From: an uncultured Candidatus Saccharibacteria bacterium | Lineage (GTDB): Bacteria; Patescibacteriota; Minisyncoccia; Phycocordibacterales; WO2-35-19 | Reading direction: 5' to 3' | Length of the DNA: 64,000 bases | Assembly: GCA_964440955.1 (NCBI GenBank) | Contig: CAYTTP010000001.1 | Coordinates: 14,388 to 78,387 of the forward strand | In this document: positions 9,520-19,620 of the stretch, in pieces | How the letters are laid out: every line of letters begins with the position of its first letter | Numbering within the stretch: the first letter of the stretch is position 1 | Notes under the pieces: generated by a model | Databases searched by the model: none | What the model was told of the DNA's origin: nothing | What the model saw: only the letters and a program-made list of their open reading frames with translations | Made by a program: the position numbers and the translations under genes

Positions 9520-9535
9520 GTTTGATAATTTAAAA

Positions 9536-10075
9536 TTATTTTTTGAATGGAAAATCTAGAGCTTTGAAAAATTCTAATGCCTTTTTAGGATCTTTGATAT
9601 TGGTGACAATAGTTGCGGCAAAACCAAAGACGTCTTTCAAATCTTCGTCAGCTGTTTCGGGAAATACTGTATGTTCTTTTATTGATAGAGTGTAGTTGCC
9701 CATTTCATCGACGGCAGTAGCAGAAATACCACGAAAATCTTTGGTTCGAGGCAAAGCAACATTGAAAAGCCTGTCTAGGAAGCTCCACATCTTTTCGCCA
9801 CGCAAAGAAACTTGGACACCAACAATGTCGCCAATCCGTGACTTGAAAGTAGCAATCGCCTTTTTGGCGCCTCGCCTGATTGGTTTTTGACCTGTTATTT
9901 TAGCCAACCTATCTTCGACTATTTCTATTTTCTTTTTATCGCTAAAGGAACCAACACCAGAATTTACCACCACCTTTACTATTTTTGGCGCCTGCATGAC
10001 GTTTTTTAGACCCAATTTATCCTTGAGTTCTTTGTATGCTTCCTTTGTTTTTTCTTTCATCAATTTTGTTTTCAT
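9536..10075 (-). CDS. rplE: 50S ribosomal protein L5
   Basis: 179 aa with L5 family motifs (…VSLRGEKMWSFLDRL…). Confidence 0.9.
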   Translation of the reverse strand: MKTKLMKEKTKEAYKELKDKLGLKNVMQAPKIVKVVVNSGVGSFSDKKKIEIVEDRLAKITGQKPIRRGAKKAIATFKSRIGDIVGVQVSLRGEKMWSFLDRLFNVALPRTKDFRGISATAVDEMGNYTLSIKEHTVFPETADEDLKDVFGFAATIVTNIKDPKKALEFFKALDFPFKK

Positions 10076-10095
10076 GTTTTTGTTCTTGTCTGGTT

Positions 10096-10134
10096 CCCCC
10101 TCTCTTGTTGTGAGAGAGGGGGTTAGGGGGTGAG
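10096..10134. repeat. GC-rich palindromic repeat (family copy): ccccctctct…agagaggggg…gggggtgag
   Basis: A hairpin-forming GC-rich island in AT-rich intergenic DNA between rplX and rplE. It ends with the family tail GGGGTGAG. Confidence 0.6.
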
Positions 10135-10350
10135 TTATTGTTTCTTAACGTTCGATACGTGTATTGGTGTTGCTTGTTCAACGATCTTTCCTTTCTCACC
10201 CTGCTTTCGCGCTCTGCGGTGCAATTTTTTAATGTTTACACCATCAATCAAGACAAGAGAAAGTTTTGGAAATGCTTTCACTACTGGACCGGACTTGCCC
10301 TTGTCTTTGCCGGTTATCACTATTACTTTGTCTCCTTTTTTGATTTTCAT
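10135..10350 (-). CDS. rplX: 50S ribosomal protein L24
   Basis: 71 aa with a KOW motif (MKIKKGDKVIVITGKDKGK). Confidence 0.9.
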   Translation of the reverse strand: MKIKKGDKVIVITGKDKGKSGPVVKAFPKLSLVLIDGVNIKKLHRRARKQGEKGKIVEQATPIHVSNVKKQ

Positions 10351-10395
10351 GTTTTTATTCGTGTCATTCGCGCAAATCCGTGGATTGGTGTCGGG

Positions 10396-10773
10396 TTAAA
10401 TAATTTCCGGCGCCAAAGTAACGATCGCCTGGTGTCCAGCTTCTGCTATTTCCCTTGGGATCGGACCAAAAACACGACCAGCCTTTGGCAAGATTTCACC
10501 TTTCTTTTGTTCAACTACAATCACCGCATTTTCATCGAAACGAATGTACGACCCATCCTTACGGCGAAGTGGAGACTTTTGTCTCACCACCATCCCAAGC
10601 AAGACCGCCTTCTTCTTGACCTCTTTTCGGGGCTCAGCCTTTTGAACCGAAAATATTACCAACTCACCTATTTTGGCATATCTTTTTTTTGAGCTACCGA
10701 GTATTTTGAAAATGCGCCCGATTTTCGCTCCGGAATTATCTACCACTTTGACGATTGATCGAGGCTGAATCAT
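10396..10773 (-). CDS. rplN: 50S ribosomal protein L14
   Basis: MIQPRSIVKVVDNSGAK… is the classic L14 N-terminus. Confidence 0.9.
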   Translation of the reverse strand: MIQPRSIVKVVDNSGAKIGRIFKILGSSKKRYAKIGELVIFSVQKAEPRKEVKKKAVLLGMVVRQKSPLRRKDGSYIRFDENAVIVVEQKKGEILPKAGRVFGPIPREIAEAGHQAIVTLAPEII

Positions 10774-10788
10774 TTTAGTAAATTTAAA

Positions 10789-11049
10789 TTAAATGACGAT
10801 GAAGTGCTTGGTCTTTGAAATCGGCCTTGTTTCTCGTATTTCGACCTTGTCGCCCATTTGCTTCACATTGCCAACATCGTGGGCTTTGTATTTTTTGTTC
10901 ACTTTGTAGTACTTCTTGTACTTTGGGTGTTTAACAAAACGCACCACATCAACAACTACCGTGTCTTTCATCTTGTTCGACACGACTACCCCTCGGAGTA
11001 CTTTGCCTCCGACTTTGGTATTTTGCGTTTTTTGAGCCGTTTTTTTCAT
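10789..11049 (-). CDS. rpsQ: 30S ribosomal protein S17
   Basis: 86 aa, …[16 protein letters not shown]…. Confidence 0.85.
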   Translation of the reverse strand: MKKTAQKTQNTKVGGKVLRGVVVSNKMKDTVVVDVVRFVKHPKYKKYYKVNKKYKAHDVGNVKQMGDKVEIRETRPISKTKHFIVI

Positions 11050-11090
11050 TGTTTACAAGTTCTATAAATCTACACAAATTTTCAAAATTA

Positions 11091-11510
11091 TCAAGCGCGC
11101 GCGACCCCCTTTGCTTTTACCGGCAATTTGGTGCCACCTTTGCGAAGAGCTTCAAGACCAACTGCCGCAGTAACACCGTCAACCTCAAACATGATCTGTC
11201 CTGGCAAAACCCTAGCGCAATACCCTTCGATATCACCCTTACCTTTACCCATTTTTACTTCCGCTGGCTTTTTGGTGAAAGGCATGTCTGGGAAAATACG
11301 AATCCAAACGCGACCGGTTTTGCCGACCGCACGACTGATAGCCTTTCTGGCTGATTCGATTTGGTTTGAAGTTATCCTAGCTGCGGTGAGCGCTTTGAGC
11401 CCGTATGAACCAAAAGCTACGGTGATACCGCGAGTTGCTGGAGAAACACGAGCCGGATTGCGTCGCAAGGTCTGCCACTTTCGATATTTTACTTTTTTAG
11501 GAAACAGCAT
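11091..11510 (-). CDS. rplP: 50S ribosomal protein L16
   Basis: MLFPKKVKYRKWQTLRR… There is only a 42 bp gap to rpsQ and no L29 gene between them. Confidence 0.9.
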   Translation of the reverse strand: MLFPKKVKYRKWQTLRRNPARVSPATRGITVAFGSYGLKALTAARITSNQIESARKAISRAVGKTGRVWIRIFPDMPFTKKPAEVKMGKGKGDIEGYCARVLPGQIMFEVDGVTAAVGLEALRKGGTKLPVKAKGVARA

Positions 11511-11546
11511 GTTGGTAAATTAAAATTGAAGATTAAATATTGAAAA

Positions 11547-12206
11547 TTATTTTTTGGCAAAGATTTCACCTTTATATATCCAAACCTTAATACCAATTTT
11601 TCCAAGTGGCAAAAGCGCTTCATAAAAAGCATAGTCGATATCTGCGCGCAAAGTCTGGAGCGGGATACGGCCAACCTTTTTTGATTCAACTCTGGCCATA
11701 TTGGAGCCACCCATAATACCGGAGAGAGTTATCTTCACTCCCTTAACATCACGATTAGCAAACGCCTTTTCAATCATTTGCTTGACCACTCTCCTGAAAG
11801 GCAACCTCTTTTCAAGTCCTTCAGCTACCATTTGAGCCACAATCATTGAGCTCGACTCGGGCGACTTAACCTCTTTCACATCAATCTTAACCTCCTCTTT
11901 CACATTAAGCTTTGCTTTGCGAATAAAGCTCAAAACATCATCACGGAGCTTTGTCATACCCTCGCCACTTCGGCCAATGATAAGTCCTGGGCGTGAAGTC
12001 TCAATGATCACTCTAAAAGTTTTCATGTTGCGCTCGATCTCGATTGAGTTTACATACATACCCTTCAAGCGTTTGGTCAAATATTCGTATATCAAAACGT
12101 CGCCTTTCAAGTTTTCCTTGTATTTTGTTCTTACACCAAACCAACGAGATTTCCAGTCCCTGATTATGCCGAGTCGGTGTGCGTATGGATGTACTTTATG
12201 GCTCAT
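11547..12206 (-). CDS. rpsC: 30S ribosomal protein S3
   Basis: 219 aa with a KH domain (GLIIGRSGEGM). Confidence 0.9.
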   Translation of the reverse strand: MSHKVHPYAHRLGIIRDWKSRWFGVRTKYKENLKGDVLIYEYLTKRLKGMYVNSIEIERNMKTFRVIIETSRPGLIIGRSGEGMTKLRDDVLSFIRKAKLNVKEEVKIDVKEVKSPESSSMIVAQMVAEGLEKRLPFRRVVKQMIEKAFANRDVKGVKITLSGIMGGSNMARVESKKVGRIPLQTLRADIDYAFYEALLPLGKIGIKVWIYKGEIFAKK

Positions 12207-12229
12207 AATAAGTTTATTAAAATTGAAGA

Positions 12230-12577
12230 TTATTTTTTGACTGATATTTTTTCACCCAAAACTATTTTGACTTTGCTGGTTCGCTTTTTGATCGGATGAG
12301 CCGAACCTCGGGATACTGGCCTACGACGATGCAAGACCTGGCCCCCATTCACTTCGATCGATTTTACATACAAATCATTTATATCCAAACCGACATTTTT
12401 GGCATTTGCAACAGCTGACTGCAAAAGTTTATTGAGTGGAGTGCTTGCTCTCTTCACGATCACTTGCAACCTTGCTTCAGCTTCCGATATTTTTTTACCT
12501 CGAAGCGCATCAGCAACAACCCTCACCTTACGAGGTGATTGTCGGTAGTCGTTGAGTTGTGCTGTTACTTCTTTCAT
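12230..12577 (-). CDS. rplV: 50S ribosomal protein L22
   Basis: 115 aa, …SPRKVRVVADALRGK…. Confidence 0.85.
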   Translation of the reverse strand: MKEVTAQLNDYRQSPRKVRVVADALRGKKISEAEARLQVIVKRASTPLNKLLQSAVANAKNVGLDINDLYVKSIEVNGGQVLHRRRPVSRGSAHPIKKRTSKVKIVLGEKISVKK

Positions 12578-12631
12578 TTTCTTGTATTTATATTTGGGCC
12601 ATTCGTGTCAATTTGTGTATTAGGGTCAAAT

Positions 12632-12976
12632 CTATTTCTTCGCTCCTTCTGAGGCAGTCTTGGCTGCCTTCGCTGCGTTAAGCTCTGCCTCCTTCTTCTT
12701 CGCTTCCAATTCCTTTTGCATCTTACCTCCGTGTTTGTTGAACTTACGAGTCAGAGAAAATTCACCCAAGCGGTGGCCAACCATATCTTCAGAAACAAGT
12801 ACTTCAATATGTTCACGGCCATTGTGAACACCAAAAATAAAGCCAACCATTTCAGGCGCGATGACGCAGGCTCTCGACCAAGTTTTTATAACCCCAGTTT
12901 CCTGTGGCTTCTTACCTTCTATCTTTTTCAAGACTCGAGGGTCTACGTATGGTCCTTTTTTGAGTGATCTTGACAT
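12632..12976 (-). CDS. rpsS: 30S ribosomal protein S19
   Basis: [12 protein letters not shown]…HNGREH… with a Lys/Ala-rich C-terminal tail. Confidence 0.9.
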   Translation of the reverse strand: MSRSLKKGPYVDPRVLKKIEGKKPQETGVIKTWSRACVIAPEMVGFIFGVHNGREHIEVLVSEDMVGHRLGEFSLTRKFNKHGGKMQKELEAKKKEAELNAAKAAKTASEGAKK

Positions 12977-13045
12977 AATAAAAGCTCACACGAGCTTGGG
13001 CTCCATACTATACAAATATGAATCTGTTGTCAATCTAAAGGAAAA

Positions 13046-13084
13046 CCTCACCCCAGCCCTCCCCCAGATGCAGGAGAGGGAGCC
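13046..13084. repeat. GC-rich palindromic repeat (family copy, opposite orientation): cctcacccc…ccctcccccagatgcaggagaggg agcc
   Basis: Same family as the 10096 copy. It lies upstream of rpsS and marks the break between the L2 and S19 blocks. Confidence 0.55.
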
Positions 13085-13123
13085 AAAAAAAGCACAAAAC
13101 CCGCAGGCTTTGTGAGCTGCGGG

Positions 13124-13234
13124 TTAATGAGTTACCAAGTTTAGAGCATTTTGTAGCCCTGGAATGACGCACTGGAGAAGGTACCCAAGCACCAACACCA
13201 CTGCGCCCCAAAACACAATCTGGCCTTTTTTCAT
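13124..13234 (-). CDS. 36-aa hydrophobic peptide (MKKGQIVFWGAVVLVLGYLLQCVIPGLQNALNLVTH) with a strong SD
   Basis: A GGAGGAAAAGGCT-ATG Shine-Dalgarno site, unusually strong for this genome. It is flanked by hairpin terminators on both sides. Confidence 0.4.
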   Translation of the reverse strand: MKKGQIVFWGAVVLVLGYLLQCVIPGLQNALNLVTH

Positions 13235-13300
13235 AGCCTTTTCCTCCACTATCAATAGTATAACATTGTTTTACATAAATGTCCAGTGCTTGAAGCCCTA

Positions 13301-13327
13301 AACGCGGTGGGATAGCCCCACCGCGTT
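13301..13327 (-). terminator. hairpin terminator (aacgcggtggg-atagc-cccaccgcgtt)
   Basis: An 11-bp perfect stem followed by a T run, downstream of the 122-aa gene. Confidence 0.5.
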
Positions 13328-13345
13328 TTCAAACTCCATAGCGCC

Positions 13346-13714
13346 CTACTCCTTCTTTTTTCTTTCAAAAAGCAACCGAACAACCGGTGGCAATCTATCT
13401 ATCACCGTCTTGATCTTCTCGTCAGTAGGAGGATTACTCATACCTGCGCCTGACGGAGGATGGATATAGGTGCCATCTGAAAGCCGATAGACACAAACGC
13501 TTCTCGGCTCATAATTCTTTCCATCAATTGCACTTGCGATAGCTGCATCTTCTTTACGAAGATAGATCGCATCGTGAACGGAATCCCCCCCACGACCTTC
13601 AATCTCGACCGTCCATGCTTGAACTTCTGCCGTGATGGTACGACCAAGAGGCCATCGTTGATTATGGGGCTCATTGCTCGAAATTCTACCCCAAGAATCT
13701 TCATCATGACCCAT
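13346..13714 (-). CDS. hypothetical protein (GC-rich)
   Basis: 122 aa ORF with no recognisable motifs. Confidence 0.35.
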   Translation of the reverse strand: MGHDEDSWGRISSNEPHNQRWPLGRTITAEVQAWTVEIEGRGGDSVHDAIYLRKEDAAIASAIDGKNYEPRSVCVYRLSDGTYIHPPSGAGMSNPPTDEKIKTVIDRLPPVVRLLFERKKKE

Positions 13715-13776
13715 AGAATTCAGAATCTCCTTTCTGCTCCAGAGAATACGCTCAAAATTTTAAAAATCAAGCAACA

Positions 13777-15543
13777 TTACATTTTTTTCGGAACCTTTAT
13801 ACCCAAAAGTTTCAGACCTGATTCGAGTACCGTAGCAGTAGCATGAGTAAGAGCGATTTTGTATGGAGAAGTAGGATCACCCTCATCGATTATCTTCCCT
13901 TGCGCATAAAAAGCGTTGAAAGTGGAGGCGAGCTCGGTAAGGTAAGTCACCAGATAATGAGGTTCATATTCGTCGGCACATCTCTCCACTACTTCTGGAA
14001 AACGGTACAAATATCTTTCGAGGTTTGTGATTTCCATTTCATCTGGCCTTCGTGCATTGAAACGATTCAAAAAACTCTTTGAGAAAAATGTCTGGCCGAG
14101 CAAAGCAATGAGACCCGAGGACTTTTTTGAAAAGACGTTTTTTGAATCGTTTTTTTCAGCCTTTTCTAAAACACTCTTCGCCCTCACACAAGTGTATTGG
14201 AGATATGGTCCCGAATCGCCCTCAAACGACAGTGAACTATCAAAATCAAAGACAATGTCGCCACCTGTCGACTGCCGAAGTATCGAATACTTGATCGCCC
14301 CAATCGCTACAATATCTGATATTTCGTCTGCCTCCTTTTCATCAAAACCACGATCCTTTATCTTTTCTTTTATGAGTAATTTTAGATGTTCCAAAAGTGC
14401 TCCAAACGTTATCACTTCACCGGTTCGGGACGACATCTTGCCGGTGGGTAATCGGAGCATTCCATGAGAAATATGTTCGGTCTTTGTCGAAAGCTCCGGA
14501 AAGACTTCTCTCATTGCAGCTAACAATACTTTGAAATATTCGTTAATTTCATTGCCGGTAATAATAATTGATCTGTCATACGCATATTTGTCGTATTTTA
14601 TTTTTGATAGCCCAAGTTCTTTTGCTTCATACACAGGCAATCCTTGAGAATTAACGAAAACGCGAGTATGGAGCCTTGGATCATATTTTTCACCCCTAAA
14701 AATGATAGCTCCTTCACTTTCTTCAAACACTCCCTTCTTCAAAAATTCTAATACCACCTCCTTGGCATAATCAGACACTTCGCTTTCGAAAAAATAGAAA
14801 TCAAATTTTGTACCAAGTTTTTCATACCATATTTCAAAATATTCGAGGCTTACCTTCCTTCCCCACTCATAAAGCTTATTGATTTCCGGATCAGATTTGT
14901 CAAAAATCTTTTTATTTATCTCCTGCATTTCAGACCTAAAATATTCGTGCTCTTTTAGAGAAGTGGCGCCATGAGCATAACATTCACCCAAATACTTTGC
15001 CTTTTCAAATATGGAGCCGTTCACTGTTCCGCCCTTCCTTACCATACTCCAAACAGCATAAGCAACATGCATACCAACATCGCCTTGATAGTTGGCCCGC
15101 TTCACTTTTGCATTGGAAGCCTCAAATAGTCGAGCAACAGACTCACCGATAATATTGGGCATCAAGTGGCCAATATGAAATTCTTTGAACGGATTTGGGT
15201 CGGTATACTCGATAATAACTTTTTGATTTAGAAAATTATTATTTTCGCCATATTTTTCTTTCTTCTCCAAAATATCATCTACACTTTCTTCAAAAAACTT
15301 TTTGGAGAGATAGATATTTATAAAACGTGGAGCGACAAATTGGAGCTTCTCGATTTCTGCGATCTGATTTTCCTCCAACTTTTTAAATATTCCTTCCGCG
15401 TTATCACTGTTTACGATCAAAGTGTAGTCGCCGTTTTGCATTTCCTTTGGATGCACCAAAGTAGGCTCCGAAATATCGGCAACTTCCTTCACCCACCCTT
15501 CAATTTTTTGCTTTATTTGCATACATATATTTATACCACGCAA
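13777..15543 (-). CDS. argS: arginine--tRNA ligase
   Basis: 588 aa with a HIGH-type motif (FHIGHLMPNIIG) and a C-terminal anticodon-binding DALR domain. Confidence 0.9.
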   Translation of the reverse strand: MRGINICMQIKQKIEGWVKEVADISEPTLVHPKEMQNGDYTLIVNSDNAEGIFKKLEENQIAEIEKLQFVAPRFINIYLSKKFFEESVDDILEKKEKYGENNNFLNQKVIIEYTDPNPFKEFHIGHLMPNIIGESVARLFEASNAKVKRANYQGDVGMHVAYAVWSMVRKGGTVNGSIFEKAKYLGECYAHGATSLKEHEYFRSEMQEINKKIFDKSDPEINKLYEWGRKVSLEYFEIWYEKLGTKFDFYFFESEVSDYAKEVVLEFLKKGVFEESEGAIIFRGEKYDPRLHTRVFVNSQGLPVYEAKELGLSKIKYDKYAYDRSIIITGNEINEYFKVLLAAMREVFPELSTKTEHISHGMLRLPTGKMSSRTGEVITFGALLEHLKLLIKEKIKDRGFDEKEADEISDIVAIGAIKYSILRQSTGGDIVFDFDSSLSFEGDSGPYLQYTCVRAKSVLEKAEKNDSKNVFSKKSSGLIALLGQTFFSKSFLNRFNARRPDEMEITNLERYLYRFPEVVERCADEYEPHYLVTYLTELASTFNAFYAQGKIIDEGDPTSPYKIALTHATATVLESGLKLLGIKVPKKM

Positions 15544-15576
15544 AAAGGCAAAAGTAATTTCGTGTGCATTCGCGGA

Positions 15577-16812
15577 TTAGCGTCGCACTCGTAACACCTT
15601 ATCAATCTTCCTAGCAATCTGCATAAAGTCTTTTTCCTTCTTACCACGAGTAGTTTCGGCTGGAGTACCAAGCCTGATACCAGAAGGGTCAAAAGGGCTA
15701 CGCTCATCAAAAGGTACGGTGTTTTTGTTTACGATTATTCCCGCTTTTTCCAATCGCTCTTCCGCTTCTTTGCCCGGCACCCCCTTCCCACCCATCCATG
15801 TATCAACCAAGACAAGGTGTGAGTCAGTACCGCCCGAAACCACTCGCCAGTTTAGATTTTGTAATTCAAGAGCTAAAGCTTTCGCGTTTTTGACTACTTG
15901 CTTTGCATAAGCTTTAAATTTTGAACTATTTGCTTCCGCCAAAGCTACAGCGATCGAGGCTATCTGCCCCATGTGAGGCCCACCTTGCAACCCTGGGAAA
16001 ACTGCTTTATCTATTTTTTTGCCCAATTCGCGATTATCGATTTTTGAAAAAATCATTGCCCCTCTCGGACCGCGCAATGTTTTGTGAGTCGTCGTCGTCA
16101 CTACGTCAGCGTATAAAAACGGTGATGGGTAAACCCCGCCCGCGACAAGTCCAGCAAAATGCGACATATCAACCACCAGATATGTCTGTCGATCATCACC
16201 TTTGGTTCTTTTTTTATTTACCTCATCAACTATTTCTCTGCACTTTTTAAAATCGACAATGCGCGGATAAGCGGTAAAGCCAACAACAACAATGTCGGGC
16301 TTTTCTCTGAGTGCCTCCTCCCGCATTTTTTTGTAATCAACCAATTCGGTTTTTGGGTCAAGCGCTATCGGCACTTGTTGCCAAAACTTGCCAGTAGCCG
16401 AAACTTTGTGCCCGTGAGTAAGGTGGCCACCCGAGGAGAGAGGTAAACCCATGATCACAGGGCGAGTCATGAATTTTGAGTCATGAATTAAGGGAGGACA
16501 CAGAGCCATATACACAGCCAAGTTTGCTGGAGAGCCAGAGAGTGGTTGGACATTGACCTGCCAATCTTTTTCTTTCAATCCAAAAAGTTTGAGTGCTCGT
16601 TTTTGGCAAAGCTCTTCAACCTTGTCAGTGTTTTCCTGCCCGCCATAATACCGTGCCCTTGGATACCCTTCGGCATATTTGTTGTCAAAAATAGAACCAA
16701 GAGCCTCAAGCACATCATTCGAGACATAGTTTTCGGAAGCGATAAGATTGATCACCCTTTTTTGCCTCCCCTTCTCCGCTTCAATAAGTTTTTTTATTTG
16801 AGGGTCTTTCAT
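15577..16812 (-). CDS. glyA: serine hydroxymethyltransferase
   Basis: 411 aa, …LIASENYVS… with a PLP-lysine region (TTTHKTLRGPRG). Confidence 0.9.
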   Translation of the reverse strand: MKDPQIKKLIEAEKGRQKRVINLIASENYVSNDVLEALGSIFDNKYAEGYPRARYYGGQENTDKVEELCQKRALKLFGLKEKDWQVNVQPLSGSPANLAVYMALCPPLIHDSKFMTRPVIMGLPLSSGGHLTHGHKVSATGKFWQQVPIALDPKTELVDYKKMREEALREKPDIVVVGFTAYPRIVDFKKCREIVDEVNKKRTKGDDRQTYLVVDMSHFAGLVAGGVYPSPFLYADVVTTTTHKTLRGPRGAMIFSKIDNRELGKKIDKAVFPGLQGGPHMGQIASIAVALAEANSSKFKAYAKQVVKNAKALALELQNLNWRVVSGGTDSHLVLVDTWMGGKGVPGKEAEERLEKAGIIVNKNTVPFDERSPFDPSGIRLGTPAETTRGKKEKDFMQIARKIDKVLRVRR

Positions 16813-17775
16813 TTATTTTCTATCTTTTTCGTTAAATCCACCAGCTACCGTCATCTCTCCTTTTAAGGCTGGGTGTGGATCATACCCTTCAAGGGTGACC
16901 ATTTCTGGCCTAAAATTTTCTAGATCTTTAATTTCATCACTTAACACAAGTCTCGGTAGTGGTCGAGGTTCTCTAGTGAGCTGTTCTTTCACTTGCTCTA
17001 AATGATTGTGATAAATATGCACATCTCCAAGTGTATGTATAAACTCTCCCGGCTCATACCCAGCAATTTTGGCAATAATCATAGTCAATGCAGCATAACT
17101 TGCAATGTTAAATGGAACACCAAGAAATGTGTCGCAACTCCTTTGATACAAAAGGCAAGATAATTTATTGCCCGAAACATTAAAATGAAAAAGAATATGG
17201 CAGAGAGGAAAACTGAGCGCTTCCCCAGGAAGAGCCATTCCGTATAAAAACTGTGGATTCCAAGCTGACAAAACTGCATGCTTCCTTTCAGGAAAGTTTT
17301 TAAGAGTATCTACAACCCAAGCGAGTTGATCAATTTTTCTCCCATCTGCTGCAGGCCAGGCTCTCCACTGCTCTCCATAAATACGTGGGAGTTCTCCGTG
17401 CTCCTTTGCAAATTTTTCATCCTGCCTTATTTTTTCAACAAACTCCTCTTTGGTTAAGTTTGGCAATTGTCCTTTATCTGCTTTTGCTTTATATATTTTA
17501 TAAGGATAGTCATTCCAAATTGGTACCTTATGATCAACAAGATATTTTATATTCGTCTGACCAGACATAAACCAATAGAGCTCCTGAATGATACTATTCC
17601 AAGGAACTTTTTTTGTAGTCAAAAGAGGAAAACCTTTTGATAAATCGAAGCGTATTTGTCTTCCAAAAATACTAGTTAGACCATTACCCGTATTGTGATC
17701 TTTTTTTTCAACTCCATTATCCAATATATCTTGTAATAATTCGAGATACTGATACTCAGGGTGATCTTTTTTCAT
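16813..17775 (-). CDS. thyA: thymidylate synthase ThyA
   Basis: Catalytic region …LPPCHILFHFNV… and the DTFLGVPFNIASYA motif. The internal start MKKDHPEYQY is more plausible than the long track ORF. Confidence 0.85.
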   Translation of the reverse strand: MKKDHPEYQYLELLQDILDNGVEKKDHNTGNGLTSIFGRQIRFDLSKGFPLLTTKKVPWNSIIQELYWFMSGQTNIKYLVDHKVPIWNDYPYKIYKAKADKGQLPNLTKEEFVEKIRQDEKFAKEHGELPRIYGEQWRAWPAADGRKIDQLAWVVDTLKNFPERKHAVLSAWNPQFLYGMALPGEALSFPLCHILFHFNVSGNKLSCLLYQRSCDTFLGVPFNIASYAALTMIIAKIAGYEPGEFIHTLGDVHIYHNHLEQVKEQLTREPRPLPRLVLSDEIKDLENFRPEMVTLEGYDPHPALKGEMTVAGGFNEKDRK

Positions 17776-17779
17776 GGTA

Positions 17780-18346
17780 TTATTTTTTATTTTTAATAGA
17801 ATCCTCTTTTTTGGGAGTAAAATGATTTGAATTTTTCTTACCATAACGACCCGTCTTTTCGTACCCATTCCTTGTTTGGGAAGTAAGTCTTGCAAATAAT
17901 AATTGAGCAATTTCCATACCAGGTCTTAATATAAGAGGGACATTATTGGTATTTACCAATTCAAATGTAGGATAAAAATAATGCCCAGGATTAAATAACA
18001 TGGCCGTATTGTGTACAACAAGCCCAGCCCTAGCTAAACTGCTCTTACCCGACAATAAAATAAGATGTTCGTGATCTACGCCTATAAATTCCTTCTGTTT
18101 ACCCAAAACACTTTCCCCTGGGTGTAACACAAACTCTTCCCCATCTTTTACTTTTATAGTTCTTGTTTGTGGATATATCTTATTATATGGATCGATAACC
18201 TTTGTCTTGTGTCTATCAGTAACTTCAAATTCATTACCAAGCAATACATCATAACTTGCTGGTTGTAATTGTTTTTCAACAAATGGCTTAATTACAATTT
18301 TTCCCTTCTTAAGAGCCTCTCTTATGTCTACATCAGATAAAAACAT
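17780..18346 (-). CDS. dcd: dCTP deaminase
   Basis: 188 aa with the dCTP deaminase/dUTPase fold (…GLVVHNTA…). Confidence 0.8.
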   Translation of the reverse strand: MFLSDVDIREALKKGKIVIKPFVEKQLQPASYDVLLGNEFEVTDRHKTKVIDPYNKIYPQTRTIKVKDGEEFVLHPGESVLGKQKEFIGVDHEHLILLSGKSSLARAGLVVHNTAMLFNPGHYFYPTFELVNTNNVPLILRPGMEIAQLLFARLTSQTRNGYEKTGRYGKKNSNHFTPKKEDSIKNKK

Positions 18347-18347
18347 T

Positions 18348-19016
18348 TTATTCTATATTAAATACTTTATCCGTCCCATAATAATCTTTCCAATTTTCAT
18401 TATAATACTTAAACATTCTTTCCAACCTATCCTGAGGAAGTTCTGTAACTCCAAATTCAGCCATCAGGGCAAGTAAATCTGCTTTTATAGATTCTGTTTG
18501 TGTCTCGTCATTACTAATTTTTTCAAATTCTGCAAGGTAACCATATCCGGCATTTTTATCTAAACATATATTTATATCACCAACTTTATATTCTTCACGC
18601 TCACGAGACCATTTTGCTTGATAAGTTAAACCTGATTCAAGTAACAAATTATCAAGTCTGTCTAAAGTCATATCTATTTTTGATTCAAACTCCATTCTTG
18701 AGACACCATTTGCGCTTGAATCACTTCCTACAGATGCCTTAACCACTAAAAATACTTCTCCGTCTGCGTCTCTAGTGCGCACAGAAAAGTTTTTACCTTC
18801 CGTTAAAATTTTATTAAATAAATCTCTATCTTCTGATTTTATATGTGATTCAAGTTTATTTTTAAAAAGATTTGTATCTGAAATAATAAAATAATGATTT
18901 AACTGTTTATTTTGTTTTAAAAGCATTCCCCCCCGAGAATGTATTTTCTGTTTTAATGCATTTGCATTTTCTAAGCTTCCAAGCAGACTTTTTATTTCAA
19001 TTTCATAAGTAGACAT
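18348..19016 (-). CDS. CYTH-domain protein (triphosphate tunnel metalloenzyme-like), uncertain
   Basis: 222 aa. The N-terminal EIEIKSLL resembles the CYTH ExExK motif. It is the first gene of the minus-strand dNTP and folate operon. Confidence 0.4.
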   Translation of the reverse strand: MSTYEIEIKSLLGSLENANALKQKIHSRGGMLLKQNKQLNHYFIISDTNLFKNKLESHIKSEDRDLFNKILTEGKNFSVRTRDADGEVFLVVKASVGSDSSANGVSRMEFESKIDMTLDRLDNLLLESGLTYQAKWSREREEYKVGDINICLDKNAGYGYLAEFEKISNDETQTESIKADLLALMAEFGVTELPQDRLERMFKYYNENWKDYYGTDKVFNIE

Positions 19017-19062
19017 TCGTAGGTGATTAAATTATTGTGTAAGTATATCAACGTAAGTATGT

Positions 19063-19566
19063 ATGGCAAATATTGCAAAAAACAAAAAAATCAGCCTAAT
19101 TGTCGTCTTAAGCAAGAAAAATAGAGCTATTGGTATAAAAAATAAGCTTTTATGGAAGATAAATGGCGATTTGCCTCGTTTCAAAAAACTAACTACAGGT
19201 CACCCTATTATAATGGGACGCAAAACATATGAATCGATAGGGCGACCACTTCCAGATAGAACAAATATAATAATCACACGAAACCCTTCCCTAAAAATTG
19301 ATAATTGCCTTATTGCAAATTCTATAGAAGAAGCTGTTAGAATAGCCGAGTGTGCAGAAGGTAGCGATGAAATTTTCATTATAGGTGGTGGAGAGATATT
19401 CAAAGAGTCAATAACTTTAGCTGACCGACTCTATCTCACTGTCGTAAATGATGAGCCAGTGGCTGATACTTTTTTCCCCGAATACTCAAATTTTAGAAAA
19501 GAAATATTTCACGAAGACTGCCACGAACACAACCCGTCTTTTTCATACATAACTTTAGAAAAGTAA
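19063..19566 (+). CDS. folA: dihydrofolate reductase
   Basis: 167 aa, …IGIKNKLLWKINGDLPRFKKLTTGHPIIMGRKTYESIG…. Confidence 0.85.
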   Translation: MANIAKNKKISLIVVLSKKNRAIGIKNKLLWKINGDLPRFKKLTTGHPIIMGRKTYESIGRPLPDRTNIIITRNPSLKIDNCLIANSIEEAVRIAECAEGSDEIFIIGGGEIFKESITLADRLYLTVVNDEPVADTFFPEYSNFRKEIFHEDCHEHNPSFSYITLEK

Positions 19567-19620
19567 TATTTTGCGCAAAACTTGACCATGTGCTAGAAAT
19601 AACTTCGGAAGGAGTTTTCT

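Noticed and set aside
11049-11091. Hidden rpmC (L29) between rplP and rpsQ
   Set aside because: The gap is only 42 bp, and no frame there or overlapping the flanking genes encodes an L29-like helical peptide.
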